Origin: Raillietiella orientalis
Taxonomy: Eukaryota
Direction of reading: 5' to 3'
Assembly (NCBI GenBank): GCA_036172245.1
Contig: JAYWIR010000022.1
Span: 496,001-560,000 of the forward strand
Length of the DNA stretch: 64,000 nt
Of the stretch, positions 26,701 to 40,188 are shown piece by piece. Every line of letters starts with the position of its first letter. Position 1 is the first letter of the stretch. A program made the translations under genes and the position numbers. Below the pieces are notes generated by a model. It did no database searches. It saw only the letters and a program-made list of their open reading frames with translations, and was not told the origin of the DNA.

Positions 26701-27765
26701 GAATTGGTTGCGAGCATCTTACAAATTAGCAACTCTCCAATGCGAGCAGTTGAGCTGCCAATTAAAGCCTTTCAGAGGGAAGGGAAAAATTCTCCAGCGT
26801 TTCAAGTGTGAGGCTGCTCGTGAAGTTCTTAGAGTACCTTATTCAGGGAAGCAAAATGGGTTCTAAAGCCCTGTACCAAAAACCGGATCAGAAGGTAAAC
26901 TTCTCAGCACCAAAGTAATGAACACGTTTTCCTGCGTACACTCTCCAAGCAGAATCGGAAAGCCTGCAGCCCTGAAGTGGTCGGGGAATAATAGCTTTTT
27001 GTCAAATTAACGTAAGGAAGCATTGACTGCGTACACGATGGAATAGGAGATTCTGGAACATCTGTGATGTACACCGCGTTCGCTGCTGCCGGTTGCATTT
27101 TTTTTTTTTTTTTTTTTTATTTCTTCGGATCTTTTTTTTTTTTTTTTAAGCTGTAGTTCTAATGTGTGATGGGAACATGAAAGAAATGTTTGGTTGGAAT
27201 TCTGAGAAGTTCCGAAAGTTCGCGAACTCTGCCATGGAGTCCTGATGGGAATGCACTGTGTTTTTCACTTGCAAAATTCTGTCCATTCATCGAATTGTAT
27301 ACGCCATCTGACTGTGTGCAATTGTGGGAACGTTACTGTGCGTATTCAAAGTGTTTGTGTGTTGCATAGTATTCACTGACCGCATACGCAGTAGAAGTTC
27401 AGGCTCGTCGTGTGTAAAGATCCTAAGCGATTTCTTGGTTTAAGCTGATGCACCGTATCTACTCGGTGCATCAGTCCGATGCTTCGTCATTCAGGCTCTT
27501 TATTAAGGACGCATCTCCCGGATTCGTGTGTCCGGGAACACGTTCCACGACTAATGTGCAACGTGAGTGCGTCCAAAAAACACACACACATGGAACACGT
27601 AATGTTCTATAAAAGTCTTCTTCCATAGTGTTCGAAGGTATTCCAAAAGTCCTGGTGTTTGAAGTCTTGAAGATAATGCCTAAGGATATTTTCTCAGAAC
27701 TGTATTCATAATAGTGCAAGAACTGATCCTTTCGAGAAGGGCATTCAATGCACTATGTAAACCAC

Positions 27766-27815
<50 letters not shown>

Positions 27816-30800
27816 AATCGTGTAAATAAGGGAATTTCCGGATTTCATATAAGTAATGGAAATTCTGAGGCTGTTTGTGCATATGATGTTTCAAAGTCTG
27901 TTGTTTTGAGATAGCTAGATGGACGGGCTTAAATGTCGATGTCTGCTTAGCGTTTTCGTGAATTTTTATGGTTGAAGGTCGAGTTTCACGTGCAGGTTTC
28001 AAAAATGCTTGCCGAGTGAACGTAAAGAGTTAAAGAATTTGCCTCGTGACCGATTCCCAATCCGCAAACGGTATCTTTGAGCATCCAGAGGCTACGGGTT
28101 CAATCTAAAAGCACATTCGATTTCCAGCTTGCTAAATCTTCTCCTGTTTCGTAAGAACTCATCCAACTGACGTGCTTTCGGATCAGCAAATGCTTTCTTC
28201 GGAATTGGCATCTGTGCTTTGTCCGTGCAGTTGTAAAGAGTTTTCCTGCACACTGTAGACATGCTGAGCACATGTAAGAGTTTCGTAACGATTTCATTTA
28301 GTGCAATCGACGTTGGTTGCTTCGAGCTTTGAAATGAAAACACATTAGAGCTTTTGCTTGCGTGTGATCATGATGACCCACGTAAGTAGTCAACAGCACG
28401 TGTGACGTTACATCATGCCGAGCCCTCAGCACTTTTGCTCTTAGTGCTGCAACGGAATTTCGTTCGGGATTTCGAGCTGAGGTGTTTACCAGGCAGCAAG
28501 TTTGAATGGCTCGAACAGTGGTTTCTACTAGATACATGTTACTGGTCTCACACTCCACTCGACTTCCTCTAACAAGAGAAGCAACGACGGCGTCGCTTTT
28601 CCGACACGGAGAATCTCGACTTTGGGGGAAGGGGCAGAGAAAAGATTTAGAAAAAATTTACGTCTCGTGGTTCGTTTACATGAGGAGCAAGGATGAACAC
28701 GGTAGCTGAAAATGCGAACAAGAAGGGCCCTATTTCAAAATCCATGTCGAATCTGCCATCGCAATGTAAGTGGGACCGTAGTCGGACCATAGAAGATTCG
28801 AATCCAAATCTTATGGCGACCTCAAGTCGTCACAAGATTTGAAATCTTTTTTTGTTTTTAAAAATGCAAGAACTAGGCTTGCAACAGTTGAAAAATATGT
28901 AAAGTCTTGATTTTGTGTTTTGCAGAGGCATGTGGTGTTTTCCCTGGGGCGCAAAACGAGAACGTACGTGGGAATTTTCTCACTTCGGTTCTTCCCATTG
29001 TATGCTGGTGTGCACCAATGTTCGCATTTGTTTAAAACCGCGGCAATGCTAATGTCAATAGCCCTCTGGCTTCCTTGGCAAGTCTGGCATGTTGTTTCGA
29101 ATCCCCCTCACTCTTCCTTCCTTTGTCTCTTTTCCGGGAATCATTTTCTTCTTCTATCATGGGCTAAGCGAATCGCGCGCCAGTGACTTTGGGTCCATCC
29201 CTTCCTTTCAAGCTTCAGCCCGCAGGTGGTTTTCCTTCCGTGTGTTCGACTGTAGATTTTTCCCGATGCATGAGATCGTATTTCATTTTTTCGGGTGTCG
29301 ATGTACTCAAAATGCTTTGAGTTTCACAAATGTCACCATCGTGAATTTTGCCAAAAAAAAAAAAAAAAAAGTCCTTTCTGTTGGACCGTTCTTACAGAAC
29401 AGGCTTCCCGATTCTGCACAATGCCGAGATATACTTATGCTTTAAGATTTGTTGTGATAATTTCATTGTGCTGTTGAACCTCATGTTTTCCCTCTTTGTC
29501 AGATCATAATTTCGAACTGTTCTCAAGTTCATCTGATGCAGAACCAACGGATCACTCCGAAGTTTCCCGCAGCACCGTTAGGGAGAACACTGACGCAAAA
29601 ACAGTTCAGGCGTACCCTATGGCTTTCACTGTAGATTTGACTACGAACTCTTCTTCGGATATGGGGAAGAAATTAGAAATTGGTGATAGCATTAGCCAGT
29701 ATGTGCCAAAACGCAAAAAGGTTTCCGCCGTTTTGAAAACGAGCGAACATAAGGTGAATGCAAATCTTGCCAACGTCTTATTTTATGGAGTGTGAAAGTT
29801 TTGTGAAGTGCTGTGCTGTGTGGGCGAATGCGCACCGTGAAGTTGTGTTCCTTCCTCCTGTTGCTTCCACCTTCCACCCGGGATCGGAATGTTCCTTCAG
29901 TTCGAAGATTCACGTGAGGTGCTCGTTTACGGCGGTGGAACCGTTTCGGTTTTAAGATCGCCGGTGCGACTTGCGATGCAGGATGCTGCAAAAATCCAGA
30001 TCGGTATGCGACGCCTGCTCCGTGCATCTGATGCGAGAGTGGTCGTGAATTTCGTTCCCGGAAGACACGCGTGCTCTCGGAAAGGTGGAACCTGATTGCC
30101 GTCTTGCCTGCTGCCGATGAACGGCATTTAATCATTTGGTACCGTTTGCCGCGTTCCCGCTGCCTCCTGCCCGCCGGAAGACTCGAATCCCAAAGCAGTG
30201 ATGCCATGCATTTGTCACAGATTCACGTCAACGCGTACTTTTTGTCTGTGCCAGCGCCGACCTCCCCTCGGTTGCGTCTTCCGGATTGAAACTTAACCGA
30301 ACTAAACGCGGAGGTCTCTCGAACAGCATCGATGCTGTTGGCTGGCATCAGCACCCATTCACTCAAGGTAGAACTTTGATCATTATGATGAGGTCGGAAA
30401 CCAGCTGTCTTGTCTCGTTTTCGTTTTCGGGTTCCCCCCTTCCCCTCCCCCAAGAAAACATCTACGAATACAATTTGAAAACTCCATCAGAGTCGACGGT
30501 TTTCTGGAATTTTCGTTCCACAAATCCAAAGACTCCCAAGGGAAACCGGGTGAGTTCTCGGAAGCTTCTATGAACAAGCTTTCCATCACATGATGTGGAA
30601 AAAGGTTCATAAAAGCTTGTACTTACTGTATGCAAAAATCTTCAGAATCGTACACATATTGAGTAATGCAGTTTTCATTCCGTCCTTAACTTGCCACCTT
30701 TTAGAAGCGTCGTTCCAAGGAGAGCCTGTTTTCTTAAGCGGTTTTGTTTATTCCAAGATATTCGTGTTGAAACAAGCCAAGATTTCTTGCCGCTTTGTAG

Positions 30801-33800
30801 AACATCTTGATTGCTGCGCTGCACGCCGGATTCGAATTTCCAAAAATCCCATCCATTAGAGACCCCTTAAAGACCTGTTGTATTTCGTTTCCATGCATTT
30901 CTTAAACTCTGAGCTTGAGAACTGGGCGCAGTAAAACTTTTTCAAGCTTCTTTTAGTCACACGCCAAGGAAGTCAAGTAAAAGGTCAAAAAAAGATTTCG
31001 AGATTCAGTAATTGTAATGGGGATATATGGGGGGGGAGGGGAGTCGAGGAAACACACGCAGAATTGTAAGTGGGTCCTGATACACAAGTTGGCCCGAAAA
31101 GGTCACATTCACACAAGCTGCACGACTCTGCAGTGTCCTGTAACCGCACGTTTTGAGCACATAGAGCACTAGATCTTGGAGGAGTTTTCTCCCAGAGGTT
31201 TGGTGGTGTAGGCAAACGAGATCGTGTTGCTGCTGTCATGGCTAGCCTCCGCCCCACACTATCCAGGTCCCATGCAGTCCGGCGCTCCTCCCGTAGTAGA
31301 TGGTTGCCATATGGATGCGTATACTAAATTCGGGAATAAGAATCGTTCCTCCCCAAGCAAGTTTTCGCAGGTAAAGTGTCTGAAGCCGATTTTTGCTGGA
31401 CGTCCTTTTGGAGTGGGGGAACAGTGAGGTATTCTGGTCCTCCTCCTCCTCTTTTTCTTGTTTCCGCTGTTTTCACTCAGTATGGCTCGAATCGTACAAA
31501 GCAGCCCTACTATAATGGACGCTTTAAATCATTGTGCAGCAGCAACTCGAACTCCTGCAGTCAGCACAGTCAGTGGAAGGATTTCAATGCACGAGGGAAA
31601 AAATACGATCCTTGTACAAATTCCTCTCTATTCCGATACCTTAGCTTATGATCCACGATCGAGTTGCGGTTGCCGTGGATCGGTTTGCACGTGCGAACTC
31701 ACTTTTCCATGCAGGTGGAATTTTCTCGAAATCTCGTGTGCTGCTCTGCACTGTGTTTGTGTGGGCTTTCCTTTTTGCGTTATCGTTAGCCTCGAAGCAT
31801 TGCTTGCTTCTTCCTTGCATGGAGAATCTTCTCTCTCACTCGTATCAGTTGCTACGTTGTCCTAATGCTTTCCTTGCTTTCCGTTATTTTTAGGCTGCTG
31901 CAAACGATCGCCAGATCACCGTAAAACCGAAACCCGATATCAAAGCGAGAAATTATTTCGGCAGTAAAGATGCCAACAAAAACGGTGCAATCATCCGTGC
32001 ATCCCAATCTTGCAAGAGTGATGCTTCTAAGAAAGGTGGAATTTTAGAAAACCTCCTCTGTTTTTATGTTGTGCTTTTTTCCTGAATGATTTTTTTCTCT
32101 CTCTCTCTCTCCCGAATTTCAGTCAAGGATGGAAGAAGCGATCGAGTTTGCAGTGAGACTTCGGAAAAAGAGCCAAACAGATCTTCCGTGAAGATGGGTG
32201 CTTTGGCTGCTTCTCGGGTGTCAAATTCTTCGTCTGACGACATAGGTTCAGAAAGGGTTCCCAAGGAATCAGCAGCAGGCAGATCCGGCAGGAGCAAAGA
32301 CAACCCTGCCGTGTCGGCATTACAGAAATCGAAATCTGTTCCCAAAGTGTGTTCTCACGCGTGTCGGACTGCCAAACGGAATAAGCAGATCGGTTTATCG
32401 GAAATCAAAGACATGGCTGATCGCGATGCGAGTCTTAGAAGAGCGAGTGATAGCAGCGATACGATCAGTGAAACTGGCACGTATACGGTAGAGATGGATT
32501 CCAGCGTCTTGCAAGTGGAGGCCGCTTGCCAAGAGTACATCTCCGACAGCACGGTGAAGCTGCGAAATTCGGACGCGTACGTCAAGCAATGGGTTTTGAA
32601 ACACAACGAAAAGCATTCGTTCAATTTTCCCATCCCGGACATCCAGCAAGTTGGTCCCGGTTGTGCGAAGTTCGAACCCAGCGAACCCAAAAACATTGCG
32701 AAGAGGCCTCCCCTGTACAACAGCACCTCGTCCTCTTCCTTGAAGAATTGCTTGGGGTTTTCGAAAGCCGCGTTCTCCAGGAGTGCTGCCCACGCCAAGG
32801 TCGGTAGCACCAGATCTGCGCAACAGCAACAAGCGCAATTTGTGTTGTAGAACCTCTCTGGTAGTCCATCGAACTTGGAATTCTCAAAGAATTTGGAGCA
32901 TTTGCAGCAGCACGTGAGTGACGTTCACGTAAACAAGGCGTTTAGCGCCCAGAACATTGGAGTCAAAGCTAAGGGAGTGGGTCCGAAGTCTGCGCCCATC
33001 AAGCAGAATCTGATGGAGGAGGTGTCTTCAGGTCGTGACGCGGGCAAACCCGGTCGCATGAACAAATTCAATAAACGCCCAGTGCAACTTGAGAGGCAGG
33101 CGAAAAAGTCGGTCCCTCCTCTTTCACGATCTATGATAAGTGATAAACAGTTGGGCTCCACGCAATCCTATCCCGTTGTGAAATCCGCTTCCTTTAAACT
33201 GACTACCGAAAATGCGTTTGCTCGTTCCGAAAGAGGGCGTCAGAGTTTACGCGTAAGTTTGTATGATGGTGGGTGTCATTTCGCCTTTCTTTCGTCCGTG
33301 AAGACCCCGAAGTGCACTTCCGCGCAAATTCGCAGTAGTTCTGCTTTGTCGAATAAGGGTCTGGAGTTTCAAAATTGGCGCCGCCGCCAGGAGTACGATC
33401 CTCGGAAGGCGGCAGCTGAAGGTAGACGTAAGAAGAAGGAAGCTGTGCGAGCACAGGAACCCCCAAACATGTGGTAGAAAAATTCTGCAAGTGTGCTTCC
33501 TGTTTGTGATTTTTCTTTTTTTTTTTTTTTTTTTTCTCTCCCTCTCTCCCACTAGTGACGATCTCACCGGTGTGATGCGCTCTGCCTCGTTTCACTGTAC
33601 GGATAATTTTTCTCCTACTTGTTCGCATCTTCCAGTGGTCAACGGTCTGGAAGATCAAAGCTTGCAAGAGCAGGCGTATGGAGGATTAAGGTGTGCCAAG
33701 GTGGGGTTTATGTGCAATGCAACTTGGGGAAGCTTCGCTGCAGGAAGTTCCGTTTCACCAGGTCACCCGAAGTCTTGTGAAACTAGAGGCTCTTGACAAC

Positions 33801-34172
33801 TTGGTCATCACCACAATCTCAGTGCTTTCCTCCAAGCTGTGCCGGGGTGCGGAACAGCTGCTGCTACGGCTCAAGTAATGGGGGAGGCCCGGATTCGCGG
33901 ATGCCTTGACCTTTTTTTTTTTTTTTTTTCTTGTCATCTCAGAGGTGCCGTCGACGAAGGTGAGGTGGCCACCAGGTTGTCGGCAGTGCTGGAACAGCTG
34001 GCAGAAGAAAACGAGGATTCTAGGGAGCCCAAAACCGCTGCGCGGGAGCTGATTAACGTTTGGAAGAATCTGAAAAAGGTTGAAAGTGCCGAGGAAGGTA
34101 CGGTTCCGGAAGAAGGGAGAGCGGCACCGGTGCACCCTGAATGTTTCAGTGATCGCCTTGATACTCGAGTAA
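23730..34172 (+). CDS. CEP170-family-like (centrosomal/microtubule-associated) low-complexity protein; multi-exon
   Basis: Phase-compatible exons: 23730-23958, 29503-29753 (MAFTVDL...KLEIGDSISQYVPK), 31894-32035, 32123-32346, about 32389-32799 (SDTISETGTYTVE), 32851-33252, 33304-33473 (FQNWRRRQEYDPRKAAAEGRRKK), then MRSASFH, LEALDNLVITTISVLSSKL and KTAARELINVWKNLKKVE, with last exon VIALILE* ending 34172. These motifs resemble the CEP170 'SDAGTYTIE' block and the C-terminal blocks of invertebrate CEP170-like proteins as I recall them. Orthology is not verified. Confidence 0.7.
27445..27474. repeat. Perfect 11-bp-stem hairpin (intronic)
   Basis: CTGATGCACCG-TATCTACT-CGGTGCATCAG. Confidence 0.9.
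27768..27813 (+). repeat. Poly(A) tract, about 46 nt
   Basis: Uninterrupted A run in the long first intron of the CEP170-like gene. Confidence 0.95.
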
Positions 34173-34799
34173 ACGGCGAAAGCGTGGCTCGAGCCTTGAC
34201 GACAGTGGTGCCTGCGGTTTGTAGCTAACGGACCTTCAATAACCTGCAGCTACAGAGACGCTTCTTCACCTGATGGTCGAAGGGATCTGGAAACGTGGTT
34301 CTGGATTTCATCACGGCACTCGTGGTCATCCCGCAGCGTTGTTCTTATCTGACCTTCAAAGAGTAACAACCACGTCGAGTGCAGTTCTGCATTCTTTTTC
34401 TTTCCTCCCCCCCGCCCCTCCCTATTTGAGGTTGTTCGATAAGTCCAGAGTGCCTTCCAGAGTGAGCTAGCCCGCGATTGCGTAATGACTCGTTAGCTTA
34501 CAGTCGTCGGCTAACATGTAAATGGCATATGGGTTTCCACGTGCCTCAGGTACCTTATGAAACGAAGGATATGCATAGCTTGCAGCATGGCGTGAGAAAA
34601 ATGACACGCGGAAAAGGAAATATAAATTCTTATGCTAGCCCTGGTTGCTTTCCTCTGTACCGATTTCCCCGGAGGTAAACTTTGGACGTAAACCCAGTTA
34701 TTTCATGTTTGTGGAATCGGCGAAAAGGAAAAGCTCGAAGTGGATGTGCCGCAGGATGGGAAATGGCGAAAAGAGTGGACCGGATGTTTGCTCGGGCGT

Positions 34800-35800
34800 T
34801 TCACCGAAAGCTTTCGGTAATGAGATTTCTGCTGAAAAGTGGCTTCACTTCATTGAATCCGCCGGGTCGGCCCGATTCACTTCGCTCTCCTCGTGGAACA
34901 TCTACCGGGGAATCCGTCGCGGCGGAATTAGGAGGTGGGTGGTGTGCACTCTTTCAAAAGCTTGGGACACTCCAGATGCTGAAAAGTAGGTAAGGAGAGT
35001 AAGCGCGGTGAAGATGGAGGCAGAAAATGTAGTTTAGCTGGAAGGGACTCTTTTTTTTCCTGCGTTTGAAAATTCCGGAGACTGATCTGTCTAAAAGGTG
35101 AAAGGAAAGCACAGCTGTTTTTTCTCCCTGTGGAGTTCCGTTTCACGTAACCACGTCAGCACTTCCATCGAGTCCATCGTTCCCTTTGAATAGTGGTCTC
35201 TCTGAAAGGAAATGAGGAATCGAGCTGCAACAAGGCTGTTTTACCTGCATAAGGAATCAGGTATTGGAAGACACGGAAGGGGGGGGGGGACTGGTGGTCG
35301 GTCCATGGCAAGAGTCTGCGCCGTTGATTGGCCCAACATGATTTGAGCTCATATTCAGGGAACGGTTGCCTTCCGTGGTCGCATACAGATCCCTAATAGT
35401 GAGGTATGGGCCTGCAGCATTTCAGTGGTATTTTGGTTCAAAAAAGCTGTGGAGCTATGCTCATTACACGCGAGTGATTCATAATAATCTCAAGGGTATC
35501 TGGCGACTTAGAGTGGGGCTCTCCATAAAGCGTGGGGGTTCATTGATTGGCTCAACCATATGGCAGGTATTGCTGTGGCAGGTGAGCGTTAAACTCTGGG
35601 AGTGCCCTGCAAGAAATGGGCTTCGGGAGGGTTCCTGAACTCGCTTTAGGGAATCATAAACAAGAAACAGGCCGGGAGCTACTCAGGTGTGCAAAAAGCA
35701 GATACACTGACAGGAGAGCAAGGAAGGAGAACAAGGGGGAAGAGTTCCCTAGCTTGCAGGCCGATGGCTGCACTGAAGCAAACTCGACAAAGGGTGGGGG
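34800..35800 (+). mobile_element. Degenerate Ty3/Gypsy relic (gag-like fragment plus integrase core and C-terminus)
   Basis: SAEKWLHFIES is gag-like. Integrase-like stretches: SLIVRYGPAAF (cf. IVSDNGPQF), YTRVIHNNLKG (cf. YHPQSNG), MGFGRVPELALG (cf. tG.sP.EL) and KSRYTDRRARK (cf. K.YxDRRR). Catalytic residues are lost. Confidence 0.5.
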
Positions 35801-36319
35801 TGCACCATGTGCAAAGAGACTACCGAGGGAAAGAAGCAGAGTGGAACGGGGAAGTCTGTTTTTTCTTGATTTTTTGTCTTCGTTCCCCGTAGGTTTCGAG
35901 CGGAAGAAACTTCCGCCAATCGTGCTGAGGGACAGGCAGGCAGCTGATGATGGGGGCTTCCCAAGTAGTGGTTGGCGAAGGTTACAAGTGACTTGTAGCA
36001 CTAGGTACTCAGGGAAACCCGCAGGCTCTCTGTAGGGCACATCGGATAGGTGGCGAGCACTAGAAGAATGTAGAACTGATCAAAACGAATGGAAGAATGC
36101 CCGAATCGATGCTGGCGGGTAGATCTGCACTGCGTGCTTTTTTTTTTCTGGAGGTCATTATCCTGGACGGAAGTGAAAATGGAAAGTTACGGATGTGGTA
36201 TGAAAGGATGGTACAATAGGTTCGTGTGCATTCGGCATTTAAGACTCCCATTTGATCATAGGCTTAATTGGTGATGCTGGAAATCAGTTGCAGGATCATG
36301 TGATCGGTCCGAACAATCA

Positions 36320-36560
36320 TAAAAAAATAAACATATAAACATATACAGTCAGCTCATTCTATACATCAATATATATATATATATACATAAACATAAATAT
36401 ACATATAATAAGAGTGTATATTTATTTTTTATGATCATGATATATATTAATCCATGTATTAATCTTTGATCAACAATATATTAATATTTTAATAAAATTT
36501 CGTCACTGAATTTTTATAAATCTTTGTTCCAATAATATTGCTGTTAATATATATGCATAC
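36320..36560. repeat. Very AT-rich low-complexity/(TA)n tract
   Basis: ATATATATATATATATAC and ACATAAACATA units, abruptly flanked by GC-richer transposon-derived DNA. Confidence 0.85.
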
Positions 36561-36899
36561 GTGTTTATTTTTCATGATCGTTCGGGATTTTGAACCAGAC
36601 ACTATGTGTAGATAAGAGCTAGATGTGCTCTAGAGGACGGCTTATGGTGGTTGATGAAGATCGCACACGCTCCTGAACTCTTCGTTCTCCTTTTGCATTC
36701 TGAATATTCGGAATTGTGGCAGTGTAAATATCCTAAGAGATAATGATGGTAATGATTGCTGGTGCTGAAGCTCTCCCACTGGGTTTGCATATCGGTGCTA
36801 ATAACATGGCAAACTGTCCTTTGGCTGTCGAATTCGCATTCCTGGGAAACGGGCGTAGTCCCACCACCTGGCTGTAGGGAGGGAGAGGGGGGGGGGGGC

Positions 36900-37970
36900 G
36901 TCCTCCGGCTGATTGGTGACTCGCACACTTTTGCTGACTTTGTCCTTTGGCGAGCTCGTCCAGATGAGCAAGCAGCAGCGGAAGGAAGTGCCCAGAAGAC
37001 CAGAATTCTCGGCGGATCCCAGTTGCAGCAGCCGAGGGTAAGGAAAAGGGAGAGAGCGAGGAGTTCTCTGTCAAGATAGATGCTGGAGGCAAGGACAACG
37101 ACGGAAGAACGCTACATCGCGACCGGCTAAGAGCAAGGGTAAGCGCTGCGAGCCCAGCGGGTCGTGACATCCCTTCGCAGAAGCCGGCCTGCCGGACTTC
37201 TGCATAGGGTTCTCCGAGCAACGCCCGAAGATTGTCGGTACCACAATGTCACTGGCGGAAAAAATAAAAAATAAATGTGGCGAATGGGTGAATGCAGGAC
37301 GGAGACCGTGGAATTCCCAGTCCTTTAGAGGGTGTGTAAAGATCCACCTGCCGAAGCAACCGACCCTGAAAATAGAAGGTCCTCAAATGTCGAGCCCAGG
37401 CCCAACCGCCGGTACAGTGCCTTTTCTCTCCTCCGGCATCCCTGGATCGGGAGACATGCGGTTCTGAGCGAATAGGATGGTTGCGACGATGTTTGCGCAG
37501 AAAAGTTCGATACGTGAGCTCTCCTGAAGCTGCAGCCAGAGGAGCAGATCTTGGTTATGGTAGCAAACGCTGAAATGAGACTCCGATGTTCTGATGACCT
37601 GATGCGAAGGTTCCTTGGTAGCAGCCTTTGGGCACGGCTCAGTCGATCATAACTCTCCGGAGTTCTGGACCTGACCTAGGGCGGGTTATTATACTCGATA
37701 TTTCTCGCTCCTGTCGACTGCTTCGGAGGAACCGTGGACAGAAGCAAAGTAAACACCGAAAGCTGACCCTCTGCTTCACCAGGAGAGTACCTGCTTCGGC
37801 TGGAGCACTCGTCGTGGGATCCCTGGGATCAAAGAACGGAGCTCCCACTAAATGGAGAACTCGGAGAAAGGAATGGTGTGCTTTAGCATACAACATTCCT
37901 CAAATGATAGATTGGATGCAACCACGGCTGGACGAATCGAGGGAGCCCATCGTGAAGGTAGTGTAGAATT
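36900..37970 (+). mobile_element. Degenerate non-LTR retrotransposon (LINE) ORF2 relic
   Basis: RLIGDSH (cf. endonuclease GDFN), MSSPGPTAGTVPFL (cf. KSPGPDG..EF), and MRLRCSDDLMRRFLG (cf. RPISLLN.D.K..), in the expected order. Heavily frameshifted. Confidence 0.4.
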
Positions 37971-38176
37971 CCCCTTGAACACCTATTGGATGCATTTAAA
38001 CGTGAATAAAATACACGATGTCAGAGTGGATACGCAAGATGAGTAGAGGTCTGGAGTGTGGAGTGGCGTTTGGTAATTATGTCCGTTAGAGATCGTCAGT
38101 AGAATCGATTTGCCTTCTCCATTCTGAGCCATCGTTTTCGATTTCCGAGTTTCAGGCTTGGTGGAAAGCATAGTGA

Positions 38177-38430
38177 AAACAATTCAAAGAATTTTATTTC
38201 AACATTGCCTTTGTTCCCCTCAAGTCAGCTATCTGATAGATCCACGTAATGGCCTTGCCCAGGCCGTGCTCAAGACAGTCTCTTGGTAATAGCTCTTTAA
38301 GCCTGAAGTCTGAATGTGACTTTTTCAAGAGGCCCTTCATTCTTTGTAGAGATAGAGGTGAAGGGATGATCTGCACAGTCTCTTTCATCTTTATGAGGTA
38401 TGCATGAAAACCGAGTTTTGCAGCCATGGC
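38177..38430 (-). mobile_element. LINE RNase H-like fragment, copy 1
   Basis: Minus strand KAITWIYQIADLRGTKAMLK resembles the RNase H motif i.l.WvpgH.Gi.GNe.aD. 38177-38250 is a near-identical direct repeat of 40189-40260. Confidence 0.45.
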
Positions 38431-40188
38431 TCTACAGGAAAGCTACTCGCTTGAGCAACAAACTAACCTAATTGGAATCTGCGAAATCAGTGCTTTCTTC
38501 AGTCTAACAAACAACATCCCGAAAACTTCTTGAAACGGAAACCTTGGTCTAAGAGAAAGTCAGAGTCTACTCTGACACCATTTGCGATTATTTCCCGATC
38601 TCCAAGCAATGAATTCGCACCGCCATCCCCAGCTTTCTGCTCCGACTACTCCATTCCCTACTTCAGCTCCGCCCATCAAACAATATTCCTGAGGCCAAAA
38701 GTAGGCCATCTCCAGAAGGAAAACAAACACTTCTTCTATCTTACATCATGAATTTTGTTGATTGTGTGAAATTATTTTCTTCATACTTTATGTTGTAGGA
38801 TGCATCCTATGAAACAGTATAGGTATATCCAGCTATCAATTTAGTAGAATACGGGATGATTCCTGAATGTCGACATTAGGTTATTGTTTCTTTTGAAATT
38901 ATGCATGAGGATTCCTGTAACGAGTGCTTCATATCACAAAAACTCCAAGGTGAGACTGCGAGTCAATACACATTACCTTGTAAATAGTGAGCTTAGTCAG
39001 TTGAATCGTTTAATAAGAACTTGCAGTATTTATCAGTCCATGGCATGTTGTATGTCCAAGAGTTACTGCGTTTACATTTTAATTACAGAGTACTTGTCTT
39101 CGAATTACTGAATTGTCATTAAGGCATTTATAGGAAAAATAAAAAAATTAAAAAGAGATGTATAGTAAGGGCACAAAGTTCAAAGCTCCAAATGCAAAAA
39201 TATCGGTATGAATGTCTTTGTTTTTGTTTTTTTTCACTAATTTCTTTTCTTTTAGCTGTTGCATCTGGATGATGCGTCAATTACTAGGTATTTTATTCAT
39301 TTCTTCCAGAAGGAAGAAAATCATATTGGCAGTACCTATTTTGCCATGAACATGCTGACCTCGTGTTGTGGATGCCCAAACACTTTTCCTAGCGTCGCAG
39401 TCTCCATCAGTAGTTAAACAAAGTTGTGAAGACCGTAAAACAGTAATGAATGTGGATCTGCAATGAATCTTGGGGAATCTGATTTTGCAAGTTTATGGTT
39501 TTGTTTCTTCGTTCACTAGGAATTTTATGACTTTGAATTTCACGCTTCAGGTAAAGAGAAACTGCAGAAGGTATGCGAATAAATAAATAAAAAAATCGTT
39601 ATGATTAATTATCTGGATAATAAGTAAAATGCGTTTTTTAATTTCTTTCCACCCACCTCAGTAGCAGCAAATGAAAGCAGCCTGCGATTTTTTGTTCTTC
39701 ATTTCAGAATAAGTAATTTACGAAATGTGGTTGCTTAATGAAGCTTTTGCTTTCACCTATGAAATAGTTTTTCCTTTTTTTTTCGAATAACGAAATTATG
39801 GGAAGCGAAGGTGCTCTATTCGAGAGATGATTGCTTTCGTATCCACGGATCTAAACGTGTTCCTCTGAACTCGAACATTGGACTGCACTGCTGATCTTTG
39901 CATCGAAAACTCATTTCCTGCATTGAGAGGAAAAGAAACGCACACACACACGGACACGCGAGGATGGAAAGCAAAAACAACAAGCAAAACACGTTTCCGA
40001 TGCTTCCTGAACCGTGTAATGCTGTGTACCGAGCCTGAATTACACGAGGACTCTGTACTACAAAGTTGGCAGCGGAATTCATCAAACCTGGGAACTTTGT
40101 TTGCCCTTCATTTTTCCTTTTTGCACTGATAGGTTTCATTCGTTCGCCCAATTTCTCTACGTGCACTAAATGGGGCATTAATTTCATC

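Noticed and set aside
28092..31893. Numerous 60-170-aa ORFs within the CEP170-like introns
   Set aside because: No recognisable domains or consistent exon chain; expected by chance in GC-richer DNA.
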